Shown: in pieces, positions 12,125 through 20,589 of the stretch | How positions within the stretch are numbered: position 1 is the first letter of the stretch | Layout: every line of letters starts with the position of its first letter | Position numbers and translations under genes: made by a program | Notes under the pieces: model-generated | The model's database searches: none | What the model saw: only the letters and a program-made list of their open reading frames with translations | What the model was told of the DNA's origin: nothing | Assembly: GCA_038245905.1 (NCBI GenBank) | Contig: JBBRRY010000001.1 | Location: forward strand, 256,001-320,000 | DNA: 64,000 nt | Source of the DNA: Thermoanaerobaculia bacterium | Lineage (GTDB): Bacteria > Acidobacteriota > Thermoanaerobaculia > UBA5066 | Direction of reading: 5' to 3'

Positions 12125-13411
12125 TTACGCCTCTTTCGGGGCGGGACGGACGAGGACGAGCAGGCCGTCGAGACCCGTGATCTCGACGTTTTCACCAGCG
12201 GCGACGGGTGCGGAGGAACGCGCCTCCCAGAGGGCGCCGTCCACGAAAATTTTGCCTGTCGGGGCGAAAGCAGTACGCGCCGCGACGACCTGGCCCACGA
12301 GAACGCCGGCGCCGGTGCGATCCGGCAGGCGCTTCACGGCGAGAGCCCGGAACGAAAGGGCCGCGAGGATCGCCGCGGTCGCGACGGCACCCGCCACGAG
12401 CGTCGTGAGCTCGCCGCGCGGAGCGCCGGCCCGGTCGGGAAACAGGAGGAGACCGCCGAGCACGATCGCCGCCGCGCCCCCCACGGCGAGGACGCCGTGC
12501 GCCGCGAGCTTCACCTCGAGGAAAAAGAAGAAGGCACCCAGCAATATGAGAAAAAGGCCCGCGCCGTTCACGGGGAGGACCGACATCGCGAAGAGCGCGA
12601 GGACGAGGCAGATTGCGCCGAGGACGCCCGGCAGGATTCCGCCCGGATGGGAAAGCTCCGAGTAGAGGCCGACGAGACCGATGAGGAAGAGGATTCCCGC
12701 GAGCGCAGGGCTCGCGATCACGCCGAGGATCCGTTCCTTCCGCGTCATCTCCCGCAGCTCGGTCGAGAGGCCAGCTGTCTTCAGGACGACGTCGGGCCTG
12801 CCGACGCGCTTCGCCGTACGCCCGTCGAGCCGCGCGAGAAGCTCCGGGACGTCGCGCGCGACGACCTCGATCAACTTGCGCTTCTGGGCCTCGGTCTCCG
12901 AATACGACGTCGCCTCCGTAACGGCCTTGACGGCGTCGTCCACCGGACGGCCGCGCGGCTCGGTCACGGAACGAAGCAGCGCCGAGACGTCCTCCCCCAC
13001 CTTTTTCGCGATCGTTTTCGGGAGATCCTCGCCGCCTCCCCCAACTGGCGACGCGGCGCCCGCGTTCGTGCCCGGCGCCATAGCGGCAATGTCGCACGAC
13101 ATGAGGATGAGGAACCCGGCCGATGCGGCCTGCGATCCGGGGGGCGCGACCCAGCCCACGACCGGCACGGGTGAGCCCAGGATCGCCCGCGTGATCTCCC
13201 GCGTGGAGTCAAGCCGCCCGCCCGGTGTGTCGATGCGCAGGATCACGAAGGGCGCCCCCGAGGCCCCCGCGTCCCGGATCCCGTCCGACACGAAGCGCGC
13301 GCTCACGGCGTGGATCTCGGAGTTGAGGTCGATGACGGGCACCGTCGCCGCGGGGACGGCGGCCGATGCCGCCAGCACCCCGAAGAGAACGACCACCCCG
13401 GCAAGACGCAC
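12125..13411 (-). CDS. nfeD: NfeD family membrane-bound serine protease (ClpP-like domain, TM region, OB fold)
   Basis: [25 protein letters not shown]-terminal [12 protein letters not shown]; paired with stomatin. Confidence 0.93.
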   Translation of the reverse strand: MRLAGVVVLFGVLAASAAVPAATVPVIDLNSEIHAVSARFVSDGIRDAGASGAPFVILRIDTPGGRLDSTREITRAILGSPVPVVGWVAPPGSQAASAGFLILMSCDIAAMAPGTNAGAASPVGGGGEDLPKTIAKKVGEDVSALLRSVTEPRGRPVDDAVKAVTEATSYSETEAQKRKLIEVVARDVPELLARLDGRTAKRVGRPDVVLKTAGLSTELREMTRKERILGVIASPALAGILFLIGLVGLYSELSHPGGILPGVLGAICLVLALFAMSVLPVNGAGLFLILLGAFFFFLEVKLAAHGVLAVGGAAAIVLGGLLLFPDRAGAPRGELTTLVAGAVATAAILAALSFRALAVKRLPDRTGAGVLVGQVVAARTAFAPTGKIFVDGALWEARSSAPVAAGENVEITGLDGLLVLVRPAPKEA

Positions 13412-13428
13412 GGCACCATTATAGGTTC
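13412..13428. promoter_or_regulatory. Putative bidirectional -10 element serving two divergent leaderless genes
   Basis: TATAAT on minus (13423-13418) is 6 nt before the nfeD GTG; CATTAT on plus (13417-13422) is 6 nt before an in-frame GTG at 13429. Confidence 0.55.
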
Positions 13429-14322
13429 GTGTTAGAACGCACCGTGCGCTGGAAGCCAGTCGACGTTCTGACGTCGCTTTTCGCGGTAGCCCTCGTGACC
13501 GCGGGCCTCACGCATCTGGCCGTCCTGGAGCACTCAGGGGTCCTTCTCAGAATGGGGATCGTCGCGCTCGTGCCGGTGCTGATCGCCACGCTTCGCGGTC
13601 GCACTCCGAACCCTTCTCGGGCGCTTCAGGTTCTCTTCGACTACTACGTGATTGCCTGCGTCGTCGTGATTTTCGACGGGCTCGGACCGCTCATTCGCGC
13701 GGTCAACCCCGTCGACAAGGACGTCCACCTCATCGCGTTCGACCGGTGGCTTTTCGGCACGGACCCCTCGGTGGCGCTCGAGCGGTTCGCGACGCCGCTC
13801 CTCTCGGACGTCCTGACCTTTTTCTACTCGCTCTACTATTTCCATCCTATCGTCCTCGGAACGCTCGTGCTGCTGGACGACCGCGAGCGGCCGGCCGCGG
13901 AGCGCGACTTCTCGCGGTACGCGTTCACGATGGTGTTCGTGTTCTTCGTGAGCTACGTGGGCTACTTCCTCGTCCCGGCGGTCGGCCCGCGCTTCACGAT
14001 CACGCACGCCGGCCCGCTGCCGCGCGGCGCGGTCTCGAGAGTCATCGACGACACGCTGAACGTCCTCGAAAGCAACAAGCGCGACTGCTTCCCCTCCGGC
14101 CACACGATGGTCGTGATCGCGGTCCTCCTCGAGGCCGCGCGGCGGTCGAAGAAGACGTTCTGGCTGTTTCTCCCGTTCGCGGTCGGGCTCCTGATGGCCA
14201 CCGTCTACTGCCGGTACCACTACGTGGCGGACGTCCTCGCGGGTTTCACCCTCGCGTTCGTGACGGTGCCGGTCGGGAACTGGATCTACAGGCGTTTTTC
14301 GACGATCCGATACCGGCGGTAG
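13429..14322 (+). CDS. PAP2-superfamily membrane enzyme (PAP2_3, Aur1/IPC-synthase-like); start at 13429 or 13444
   Basis: Multiple TM helices, PAVGPR, DCFPSGH, RYHYVADVLAG catalytic-type motifs. Confidence 0.8.
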   Translation: MLERTVRWKPVDVLTSLFAVALVTAGLTHLAVLEHSGVLLRMGIVALVPVLIATLRGRTPNPSRALQVLFDYYVIACVVVIFDGLGPLIRAVNPVDKDVHLIAFDRWLFGTDPSVALERFATPLLSDVLTFFYSLYYFHPIVLGTLVLLDDRERPAAERDFSRYAFTMVFVFFVSYVGYFLVPAVGPRFTITHAGPLPRGAVSRVIDDTLNVLESNKRDCFPSGHTMVVIAVLLEAARRSKKTFWLFLPFAVGLLMATVYCRYHYVADVLAGFTLAFVTVPVGNWIYRRFSTIRYRR

Positions 14323-15428
14323 ATGCGGCCGCCGAAAACCTCGAGGGGCTTGAGGATGTCGAGGTTGTCCTCGAGCATCCACGAAAACTCCGCCCACTTG
14401 TGGCCGATCCGGATGCCTTCCTTCGCCGCCTCGTAATAGAGGATGGCGTCAACGCCCCGGCGGCGGTATTCCGGCAGGACGCCCAGCGCGAGGATCCGCA
14501 CCCGGTCGATCTTCTTCCTCTCCGTGAGGAACTTCAGCCAGCCGAAGGGAAACAGGGAGCCGCCCATCTTCACGAGGACCTGGTTGAAGTCCGGAAGCGC
14601 GAGATGGAACCCGACGGGCTTGCCGTCGATCTCCACGAAGAGGATGTACGGCGGATGGATGATGGGCTTGAGCTTCTTCGCCATGGCGTCGATCTCCTCC
14701 GACGTCATCGGGACGAAGCCCCAGTTCTTCTCCCACGCCGCGTTGTAGATCGTCTTCACGATCGCGAGGTCCTCGTCGAACCTGTCCATGCGGATCGTCC
14801 GCACGACGAGCCCCTTCTCGCGCTTGCGGACGGCGTCCGTGAGGCGCCCGAGCCTCCGGAACGAGAGATCTCCCACGGGCGCGAGGATCGCGACGAGGTC
14901 CTTCTCCTTCTCGTATCCGGCCTCCCGGAACAGGTCGAGGTAGTACGCGGGGTTGTACGTCATCATCAGGAATGGCAGGCCCGGCTCGCTCTCGGCGGGA
15001 ACGAGCGCTCCGACCTCGTCGTTGAGCGACGGATTCGCGGGTCCCCGCAGCCTCTCGCAGCCGGGAACGAGGTCACGCACGGCCCCTTCGGCTGCGGCAA
15101 AGAGCGCCCGGCTCACCTCGACGTCGTTCGCGCACTCGAAGAATCCGAAGAATCCCGTTCTCTCCGCATGCACCCTGTTGTGCTCGGTGTCGCCGATCGC
15201 CGCGATGCGGCCGACGACTTTCCCGTCCCGCCGTGCGAGGAATAACGCCCTCTTCGCGTGCTTCCAGAACGGGTTCTTCGCCTCGTCGAGCATCCACCGG
15301 ACGTCGGAGCGGAGCGGTGGCGGCCAGTTCGGATCGCCGGCGTAGAGCCGGTATGCGAGCTCGACGAACTCCTTGAGATCGGACGGCGAGGAAACGGGAT
15401 CAACCCGCAAGGACGCCTGATCGTTCAC
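14286..15428 (-). CDS. GNAT-fold N-acyltransferase, YghO / bacterial ceramide synthase (bCerS)-like
   Basis: DPNWPPPL, NPFW, VGRIAA, GFFGFFE, YNPAYY, AWEKNWGFVP, LPDFN, LGVLPEYRRRG, EFSWMLEDN; GGAGG SD. Confidence 0.75.
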   Translation of the reverse strand: MNDQASLRVDPVSSPSDLKEFVELAYRLYAGDPNWPPPLRSDVRWMLDEAKNPFWKHAKRALFLARRDGKVVGRIAAIGDTEHNRVHAERTGFFGFFECANDVEVSRALFAAAEGAVRDLVPGCERLRGPANPSLNDEVGALVPAESEPGLPFLMMTYNPAYYLDLFREAGYEKEKDLVAILAPVGDLSFRRLGRLTDAVRKREKGLVVRTIRMDRFDEDLAIVKTIYNAAWEKNWGFVPMTSEEIDAMAKKLKPIIHPPYILFVEIDGKPVGFHLALPDFNQVLVKMGGSLFPFGWLKFLTERKKIDRVRILALGVLPEYRRRGVDAILYYEAAKEGIRIGHKWAEFSWMLEDNLDILKPLEVFGGRIYRRYRIVEKRL

Positions 15429-15547
15429 GTCGTGTCGTGCCTCCGGAGGCAGACGGTCTCACAGCGGTTCGGAGCGATCAAGCCCATGGAGCCCGGACCC
15501 GAATGCGTTATCGTGCCCCGTTCGTCGCGCGCGCCCGAGGAGACCGT

Positions 15548-16897
15548 ATGGGTGACTCACTCTTCCTCCACCGCCTCCAGTTCGCCTTCACGCTGATCTA
15601 CCACTATCTCTTCCCCGTCCTGACGATGGGGCTCGCGTTTCTGATCGTCGTGATGAAGGCGCTGGGTCTGAGAAGCGGCGGGGAACGCTGGAACGACGCC
15701 GCGCGCTTCTGGATCCGGATCTTCGGCATCAACTTCGCGGTCGGCGTCGTGACCGGCATCCCGATGGAGTTCCAGTTTGGGACGAACTGGGCGCGCTTTT
15801 CCCGCTACGCAGGCAACGTCATCGGGCACACGCTCGCGATGGAAGGCCTCTTCGCGTTCTTCCTCGAGTCGAGCTTCCTGTCGCTCCTCGTCTTCGGCGA
15901 AAAGCGGCTCTCGCGGGCCGGGCACTTCGCGGCCGCGGTCGCGCTCTTCGTCGGGAGCTGGCTCTCGGGCTACTTCATCATCACGACGAACGCCTTCATG
16001 CAGCATCCCGTCGGCTTCCGCGTCGGGCCGGACGGCTCCCTCCTTCTCGCGGATTTCGCTGCGTTCCTCTTCAATCCCTGGGCGCTCGCGCAATACGCTC
16101 ACAACATGACCTCGACCGTTGTGACGGCCTCCTTCGTCGTCGCGGCGCTCGGCGCGTTCTACCTGCTTCAGGGGAGGCACCTCGAACAGGCACGTCTCTT
16201 CCTGAAGCTCGGCACGACGGCCGGCCTGATCTCGAGCGTCCTCGTCGCCTTCCCCACCGGCGACACCCAAGCCAAGCAGGTGGCGCGATACCAGCCCGTC
16301 GCTCTCGCCGCCATGGAGGGCCGTTTCGAGAGCGGGCCCCGTGCGGGCCTCACGATGATCGGCCAGCCGAACGTGCGGGAGAGGCGCCTCGACAATCCCG
16401 TCACGGTTCCGCTGATCCTGAGCGTGCTCGCTTTCGGCCACACGGCGAGCGAAGTCCAGGGCCTGAACGCCTTCCCCGAGAGGGACTGGCCCGACAACAT
16501 CGAGCTGCTCTATTACGCCTTCCACATCATGGCGGGCCTCGGGACGATCCTGATCGCGATCATGGCGGTTGCGAACCTGCTGGGCTGGATGGGCCGCTTG
16601 GAGAAGTCCGGTCCGATGCTCTGGGTCCTGATGCTTGCCTTTCCGTTTCCGTACATCGCCGTCATCGCAGGATGGGTCACGACGGAGCTGGGGCGGCAAC
16701 CCTGGCTCGTCTACGGCCTCTTCCGGACGGCGCAGGGCTCGAGCCCCACGGTCCACGGCGGCACGGTGCTCTTCACGCTGCTGGGCTTCTGCGGGCTCTA
16801 CTTCGTCCTCGGCGTGCTTTTTCTCTTCCTGATCGCGCGGGAGATCGGCCACGGACCGTCGCCCGTGTCGCCGCGAGGCGAGGCTGCCCATGTCTGA
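15548..16897 (+). CDS. cydA: Cytochrome bd quinol oxidase subunit I
   Basis: RLQFAFT..YHYLF, GVVTGIPMEFQFGTNW, FFLESSF, NAFMQHP, FHIM, GWVTTELGRQPW; GAGGAG SD. Confidence 0.95.
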   Translation: MGDSLFLHRLQFAFTLIYHYLFPVLTMGLAFLIVVMKALGLRSGGERWNDAARFWIRIFGINFAVGVVTGIPMEFQFGTNWARFSRYAGNVIGHTLAMEGLFAFFLESSFLSLLVFGEKRLSRAGHFAAAVALFVGSWLSGYFIITTNAFMQHPVGFRVGPDGSLLLADFAAFLFNPWALAQYAHNMTSTVVTASFVVAALGAFYLLQGRHLEQARLFLKLGTTAGLISSVLVAFPTGDTQAKQVARYQPVALAAMEGRFESGPRAGLTMIGQPNVRERRLDNPVTVPLILSVLAFGHTASEVQGLNAFPERDWPDNIELLYYAFHIMAGLGTILIAIMAVANLLGWMGRLEKSGPMLWVLMLAFPFPYIAVIAGWVTTELGRQPWLVYGLFRTAQGSSPTVHGGTVLFTLLGFCGLYFVLGVLFLFLIAREIGHGPSPVSPRGEAAHV

Positions 16898-17936
16898 GCT
16901 CTGGTACGCCATCGCCGTCCTGATGCTCACGGCCTACGTGGTCCTCGACGGCTTCGACTTCGGCACGGGAGCGCTCCACCTGTTCGTCGCGAGGACCGAT
17001 CCCGAACGGCGCCAGGTGCTCGCCGCGATCGGCCCCTACTGGGACGGGAACGAGGTCTGGCTCCTAGCGGCGGGCGGCGCCCTCTTCGTGGGATTCCCGA
17101 AGATCCTGTCGTCCGGGATCTCGGGCTTCTACTTCGCGATCTTCCTCGTCCTCTGGTCTCTCGTCCTGCGGGGGATCGCGATCGAATTCCGCAGCCACGT
17201 GAACGACACGATCTGGCGGAGAACGTGGGACCTCGGATTCGGCGTCGCGAGCATCCTTCTGCCCGTCTTCTTCGGTGCCGCGCTCGGAAACCTGATCCGC
17301 GGCGTCCCGCTCGACGCCGGTGGATGGTTCGAGCTCGCGCTCTTCACGGACTTTTCGGCGAAGGACCCCGTCGGAATCCTGGACTGGTACACCGTCCTCG
17401 TCGGGGTGTTCGCGCTCGCCGCCCTCGTCGGGCACGGCGCGACGTTCCTGTCGTGGAAGACGGACGGCCCCGTGCAGGAACGCACCCGCAGGCTCGTGCG
17501 TCCGCTCCACGGCGTGATCGCGGGACTCTGGATCGCCGTGACCGCCGCGACCGCGGCTGTGAACCGCGATCTTCTCGCGGCGCTCCCGGGCCGGCCGCTC
17601 GCGATCCTTCTCGCATCCGCCGCGGCCGCCGGTCTCGTGACGGTTTTCGTGGCCTCGCCCCGCGGCCGCGATCGAGCGGCGTTCCTCGGCTCGTCCGTGT
17701 TCCTCGCGGGACTCTCCATGGCGACGGCCGCCTGCGTATTTCCGGTCATGCTGCGGTCCATCTCGGATCCCGCGCTTTCCCTGACGGCCTACAACGCAGG
17801 AGGTGACCCGACGGGCCTCAGGACCGCTCTCGGTTGGCTCGCGATCGGTCTCCCCCTCGCGATCCTCTACTTCGTCATCGTCTTCCGCGTTCACCGCGGA
17901 AAAGCGGTCGCGGCGGCGGACGGTGAAGGGTACTGA
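16890..17936 (+). CDS. cydB: Cytochrome bd quinol oxidase subunit II
   Basis: LDGFDFG, GPYWDGNEVWL, RGIAIEFR; overlaps the cydA stop. Confidence 0.95.
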   Translation: MSELWYAIAVLMLTAYVVLDGFDFGTGALHLFVARTDPERRQVLAAIGPYWDGNEVWLLAAGGALFVGFPKILSSGISGFYFAIFLVLWSLVLRGIAIEFRSHVNDTIWRRTWDLGFGVASILLPVFFGAALGNLIRGVPLDAGGWFELALFTDFSAKDPVGILDWYTVLVGVFALAALVGHGATFLSWKTDGPVQERTRRLVRPLHGVIAGLWIAVTAATAAVNRDLLAALPGRPLAILLASAAAAGLVTVFVASPRGRDRAAFLGSSVFLAGLSMATAACVFPVMLRSISDPALSLTAYNAGGDPTGLRTALGWLAIGLPLAILYFVIVFRVHRGKAVAAADGEGY

Positions 17937-17951
17937 GCGGTCCGCCCGGTT

Positions 17952-18605
17952 TCAGACGACCGTTTTCGTGGCCGACAACTCGGGTGACGCCGGCTCGCTA
18001 TAGACGAACGTGACGAGGCCGAGCCTCACCTCGTCTCCATCCTGCAGCGAGGTGGGGCCCGAGATGCGAACGCCCTTCACGAATGTTCCATTCTTGCTCC
18101 CGAGGTCCGTGAGGGAGGCTGTTTTTCCGTCCCATCCCAATCGTGCGTGGCGCCGCGAAACGGAGGCGTCGTTGATGGTTCCGGGCAGACCCGGCTCGCG
18201 TCCCAGAATGAGCTCGGGCGAAGCAAGCCTGATCTCCGCCTTTCCGCGCAGGAGCCGGGGCGCCGGACCTTTCACCAAAGCCGTTCCGTCGTCCTCGAGC
18301 GCGTATCCGAACCCGTGCACCGTGCGAATGGGCCCTTCGCGCCCAGCCTGACCGAGCTTGGTCCGAAGCTCCTTGACGAGCGTGGTCAGGCTCGACTCGG
18401 CCACGTTTGTCCGGGGCCACAGGGCGTCCTGGATTTCGTCCTTCGAGACGGCGCGCGGCCGTTTCGAGACGAGGAGGGACAGCAGCTCGAACTCCTTCGA
18501 AGGCAACGAGACCGCGCTGCCTCCTCCGATGAGCTGGCGGCGCTCCGGATCGAAGACGAAAGTGCCGATGAAAACCTGCTTCGAAGGGCCAAGACTCGCG
18601 GTCAT
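17952..18605 (-). CDS. OmpR-type winged-helix plus FHA domain transcriptional regulator
   Basis: KEFELL...LWP...IRTVHGFGY wHTH; LGR...SVSRRHA...DLGSKNGTFV FHA. Confidence 0.9.
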   Translation of the reverse strand: MTASLGPSKQVFIGTFVFDPERRQLIGGGSAVSLPSKEFELLSLLVSKRPRAVSKDEIQDALWPRTNVAESSLTTLVKELRTKLGQAGREGPIRTVHGFGYALEDDGTALVKGPAPRLLRGKAEIRLASPELILGREPGLPGTINDASVSRRHARLGWDGKTASLTDLGSKNGTFVKGVRISGPTSLQDGDEVRLGLVTFVYSEPASPELSATKTVV

Positions 18606-18722
18606 CAGAAAATCCTGAGAATTCTACAAGGACTTCGGGGCCCTGACGGCCCAACGTTCCCCTGACAAACAACCCCCGGTCGTTGTGCGGAATAGATGTT
18701 CAAAAGCGAAAGGAGCCCCAAA

Positions 18723-20525
18723 ATGAAGAAGTCGTACTCTCCTCGCCCGGCGTCGTACCTCTTCGCGGCTGTCACCCTGTCTGTAGCGCTCGCGGGCAAT
18801 GTTGCGATGGCGGCGGGGTCCGGACCGCAAGCAGCCTCCGTCTCCGTGTTCGCGACCGGGCTGAACAACCCGCGGGGGCTCAAGTTCGGGCCGGACGGCA
18901 ATCTTTACGTCGCGGAGGGAGGGACTGGAGGCACGCACTCGACCGTCGGTCAGTGCGATCAGGTGATCCCGCCCATCGGGTCCTACACGGGCAGCCAGAC
19001 GGGCGCGCGGATTTCGAAAATCGACCGGGGCGGGGTCCGAACGACCGTCGTGGACAACCTGCCCTCGAGCCAGACGAGCCCCGACCAGGGCAGCCTCGTC
19101 AGTGGCGTCGCCGACGTCGCGTTCGTGGGCGACACGCTGTACGCGTTGATCGGCGGTGCCGGCTGCTCGCACGGCGTTTCGAACTTCCCCAACGGGATCA
19201 TTCGCGTGCACCACGACGGTACGTGGGAGATGGTCGCCGACCTCAGCGGCTTTCTAAAGGTCCACCCTGTCGCCCATCCCGAGCCGGACGACTTCGAGCC
19301 GGACGGCAGCTGGTACGGCCTCGTCGAGGCGCGGGGGGCGCTTTACGCAGTCGAGCCCAACCACGGAGAGATCGACCTGGTCGCGCCTCAAACCGGAGCC
19401 ATCAGCCGGCTCATCGACGTCTCGGCGAGCCAGGGGCACATCGTGCCGACGGCGATCGCGTTTCATCATGGCGCCTTCTACGTCGGCAACCTCAATCCGT
19501 TCCCGATCGTCGAGGGCTCGTCGAAGATCTACAAGATCACTCTGGACGGGCACATTTCGATCGTCGCCGAGGGTCTGACGACCGTCCTTGGCGTCGCGTT
19601 CGACGCTCTGGGGCGCATGTACGCGCTGGAAAACACGACCGGCAACCCGTTCCCGACGCCGGGCACGGGACGCGTGGTCCGCGTGAAGGCCTCGGGCGAG
19701 CTCGAGGTCGTCGCGACGGGGCTCTTCCTGCCCACCGCAATGACCTTCGGGCCCGACGGAGCTCTCTACGTCTCCAACGTCGGGTTCGGCCCGCCACCCG
19801 TCGGGCTCGGGACGGTCGTGAAGATCCAGCTCGGCGACTCGTCGTGGCTTCTCCCGACGAGCGCGAGCCTGGTGTCGGGCGCTTCCGGCGTGCGGTACAC
19901 GACCGACGTGACGCTCGCGAACACCGGCGACACGGAGTCCGCGTTCACGCTTCGCTACCTCGGCCACGACATCGACGGCCGGACGGGCCCGGCACAGAGC
20001 TTCACGCTCGGCGCCGGCAAGTCCGTGACGTATCAGGATGCCCTGTCGTCCGTCTTCGGCCTGAGCAACAGCTGGGGCGCCATTCTCGTCACGTCTTCGA
20101 CGCCCGACCTCGCGGTCTACGGTCAGGTCCTCGCCGAGACGGCGACCGGACACGTCGGGCAGGGACTCCCGGCCGCCTCGGACGCCGGCTACGTCCGGCC
20201 GGGCCAGGCCCGCTCCCTCCTCGCGATCCGGGAGGACGCCCGCGCACGCACGAACCTCGTCCTCGCAAACGCCACGTCCAAGAGTCTCGACGTAAACCTG
20301 ACTCTCGTGTCCGAGGCCGGGGCCCCGCTCGGGTCGGCGACCGTGACGTTGCCGCCTCTCGGGATGAAACAGATCAACAGGGTCGCCCGATCCCTCGGTT
20401 TCACGGGCGCGCTCACGGGAGGAAGGATCGTCGTCTCCACGCCAACGACGGACGGCGCGTTCGCGGCGGTGGCCTCAGTGATCGAAAACGACTCGGGCGA
20501 CGCTCGCACGATCCTGCCGCAGTAA
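18723..20525 (+). CDS. Secreted ScyD/ScyE-like beta-propeller protein with a C-terminal module of about 230 aa
   Basis: AAGGAG SD, signal peptide, GLNNPRGLKFGPDGNLYVAE, PTAMTFGPDGALYVSN. Confidence 0.8.
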   Translation: MKKSYSPRPASYLFAAVTLSVALAGNVAMAAGSGPQAASVSVFATGLNNPRGLKFGPDGNLYVAEGGTGGTHSTVGQCDQVIPPIGSYTGSQTGARISKIDRGGVRTTVVDNLPSSQTSPDQGSLVSGVADVAFVGDTLYALIGGAGCSHGVSNFPNGIIRVHHDGTWEMVADLSGFLKVHPVAHPEPDDFEPDGSWYGLVEARGALYAVEPNHGEIDLVAPQTGAISRLIDVSASQGHIVPTAIAFHHGAFYVGNLNPFPIVEGSSKIYKITLDGHISIVAEGLTTVLGVAFDALGRMYALENTTGNPFPTPGTGRVVRVKASGELEVVATGLFLPTAMTFGPDGALYVSNVGFGPPPVGLGTVVKIQLGDSSWLLPTSASLVSGASGVRYTTDVTLANTGDTESAFTLRYLGHDIDGRTGPAQSFTLGAGKSVTYQDALSSVFGLSNSWGAILVTSSTPDLAVYGQVLAETATGHVGQGLPAASDAGYVRPGQARSLLAIREDARARTNLVLANATSKSLDVNLTLVSEAGAPLGSATVTLPPLGMKQINRVARSLGFTGALTGGRIVVSTPTTDGAFAAVASVIENDSGDARTILPQ

Positions 20526-20534
20526 TGGACAACC

Positions 20535-20561
20535 GGGCCCCGGGGACCGACCCCGGGGCCC
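20535..20561. terminator. GC-rich hairpin between convergent genes (possible bidirectional terminator)
   Basis: GGGCCCCGGGG-accga-CCCCGGGGCCC, perfect 11-bp stem; no clear U-tract. Confidence 0.5.
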
Positions 20562-20589
20562 AGCTTGCTCCCGGATGAACGGGGAGAGG

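Noticed and set aside
18601-18636. Possible motif copies near 18.6 kb, also partial matches near 21760, 47677, 52426 and 52661
   Set aside because: Too degenerate; the 18.6-kb site lies in an AT-rich promoter region, so these were not counted and strict 9-10 kb periodicity is not claimed.
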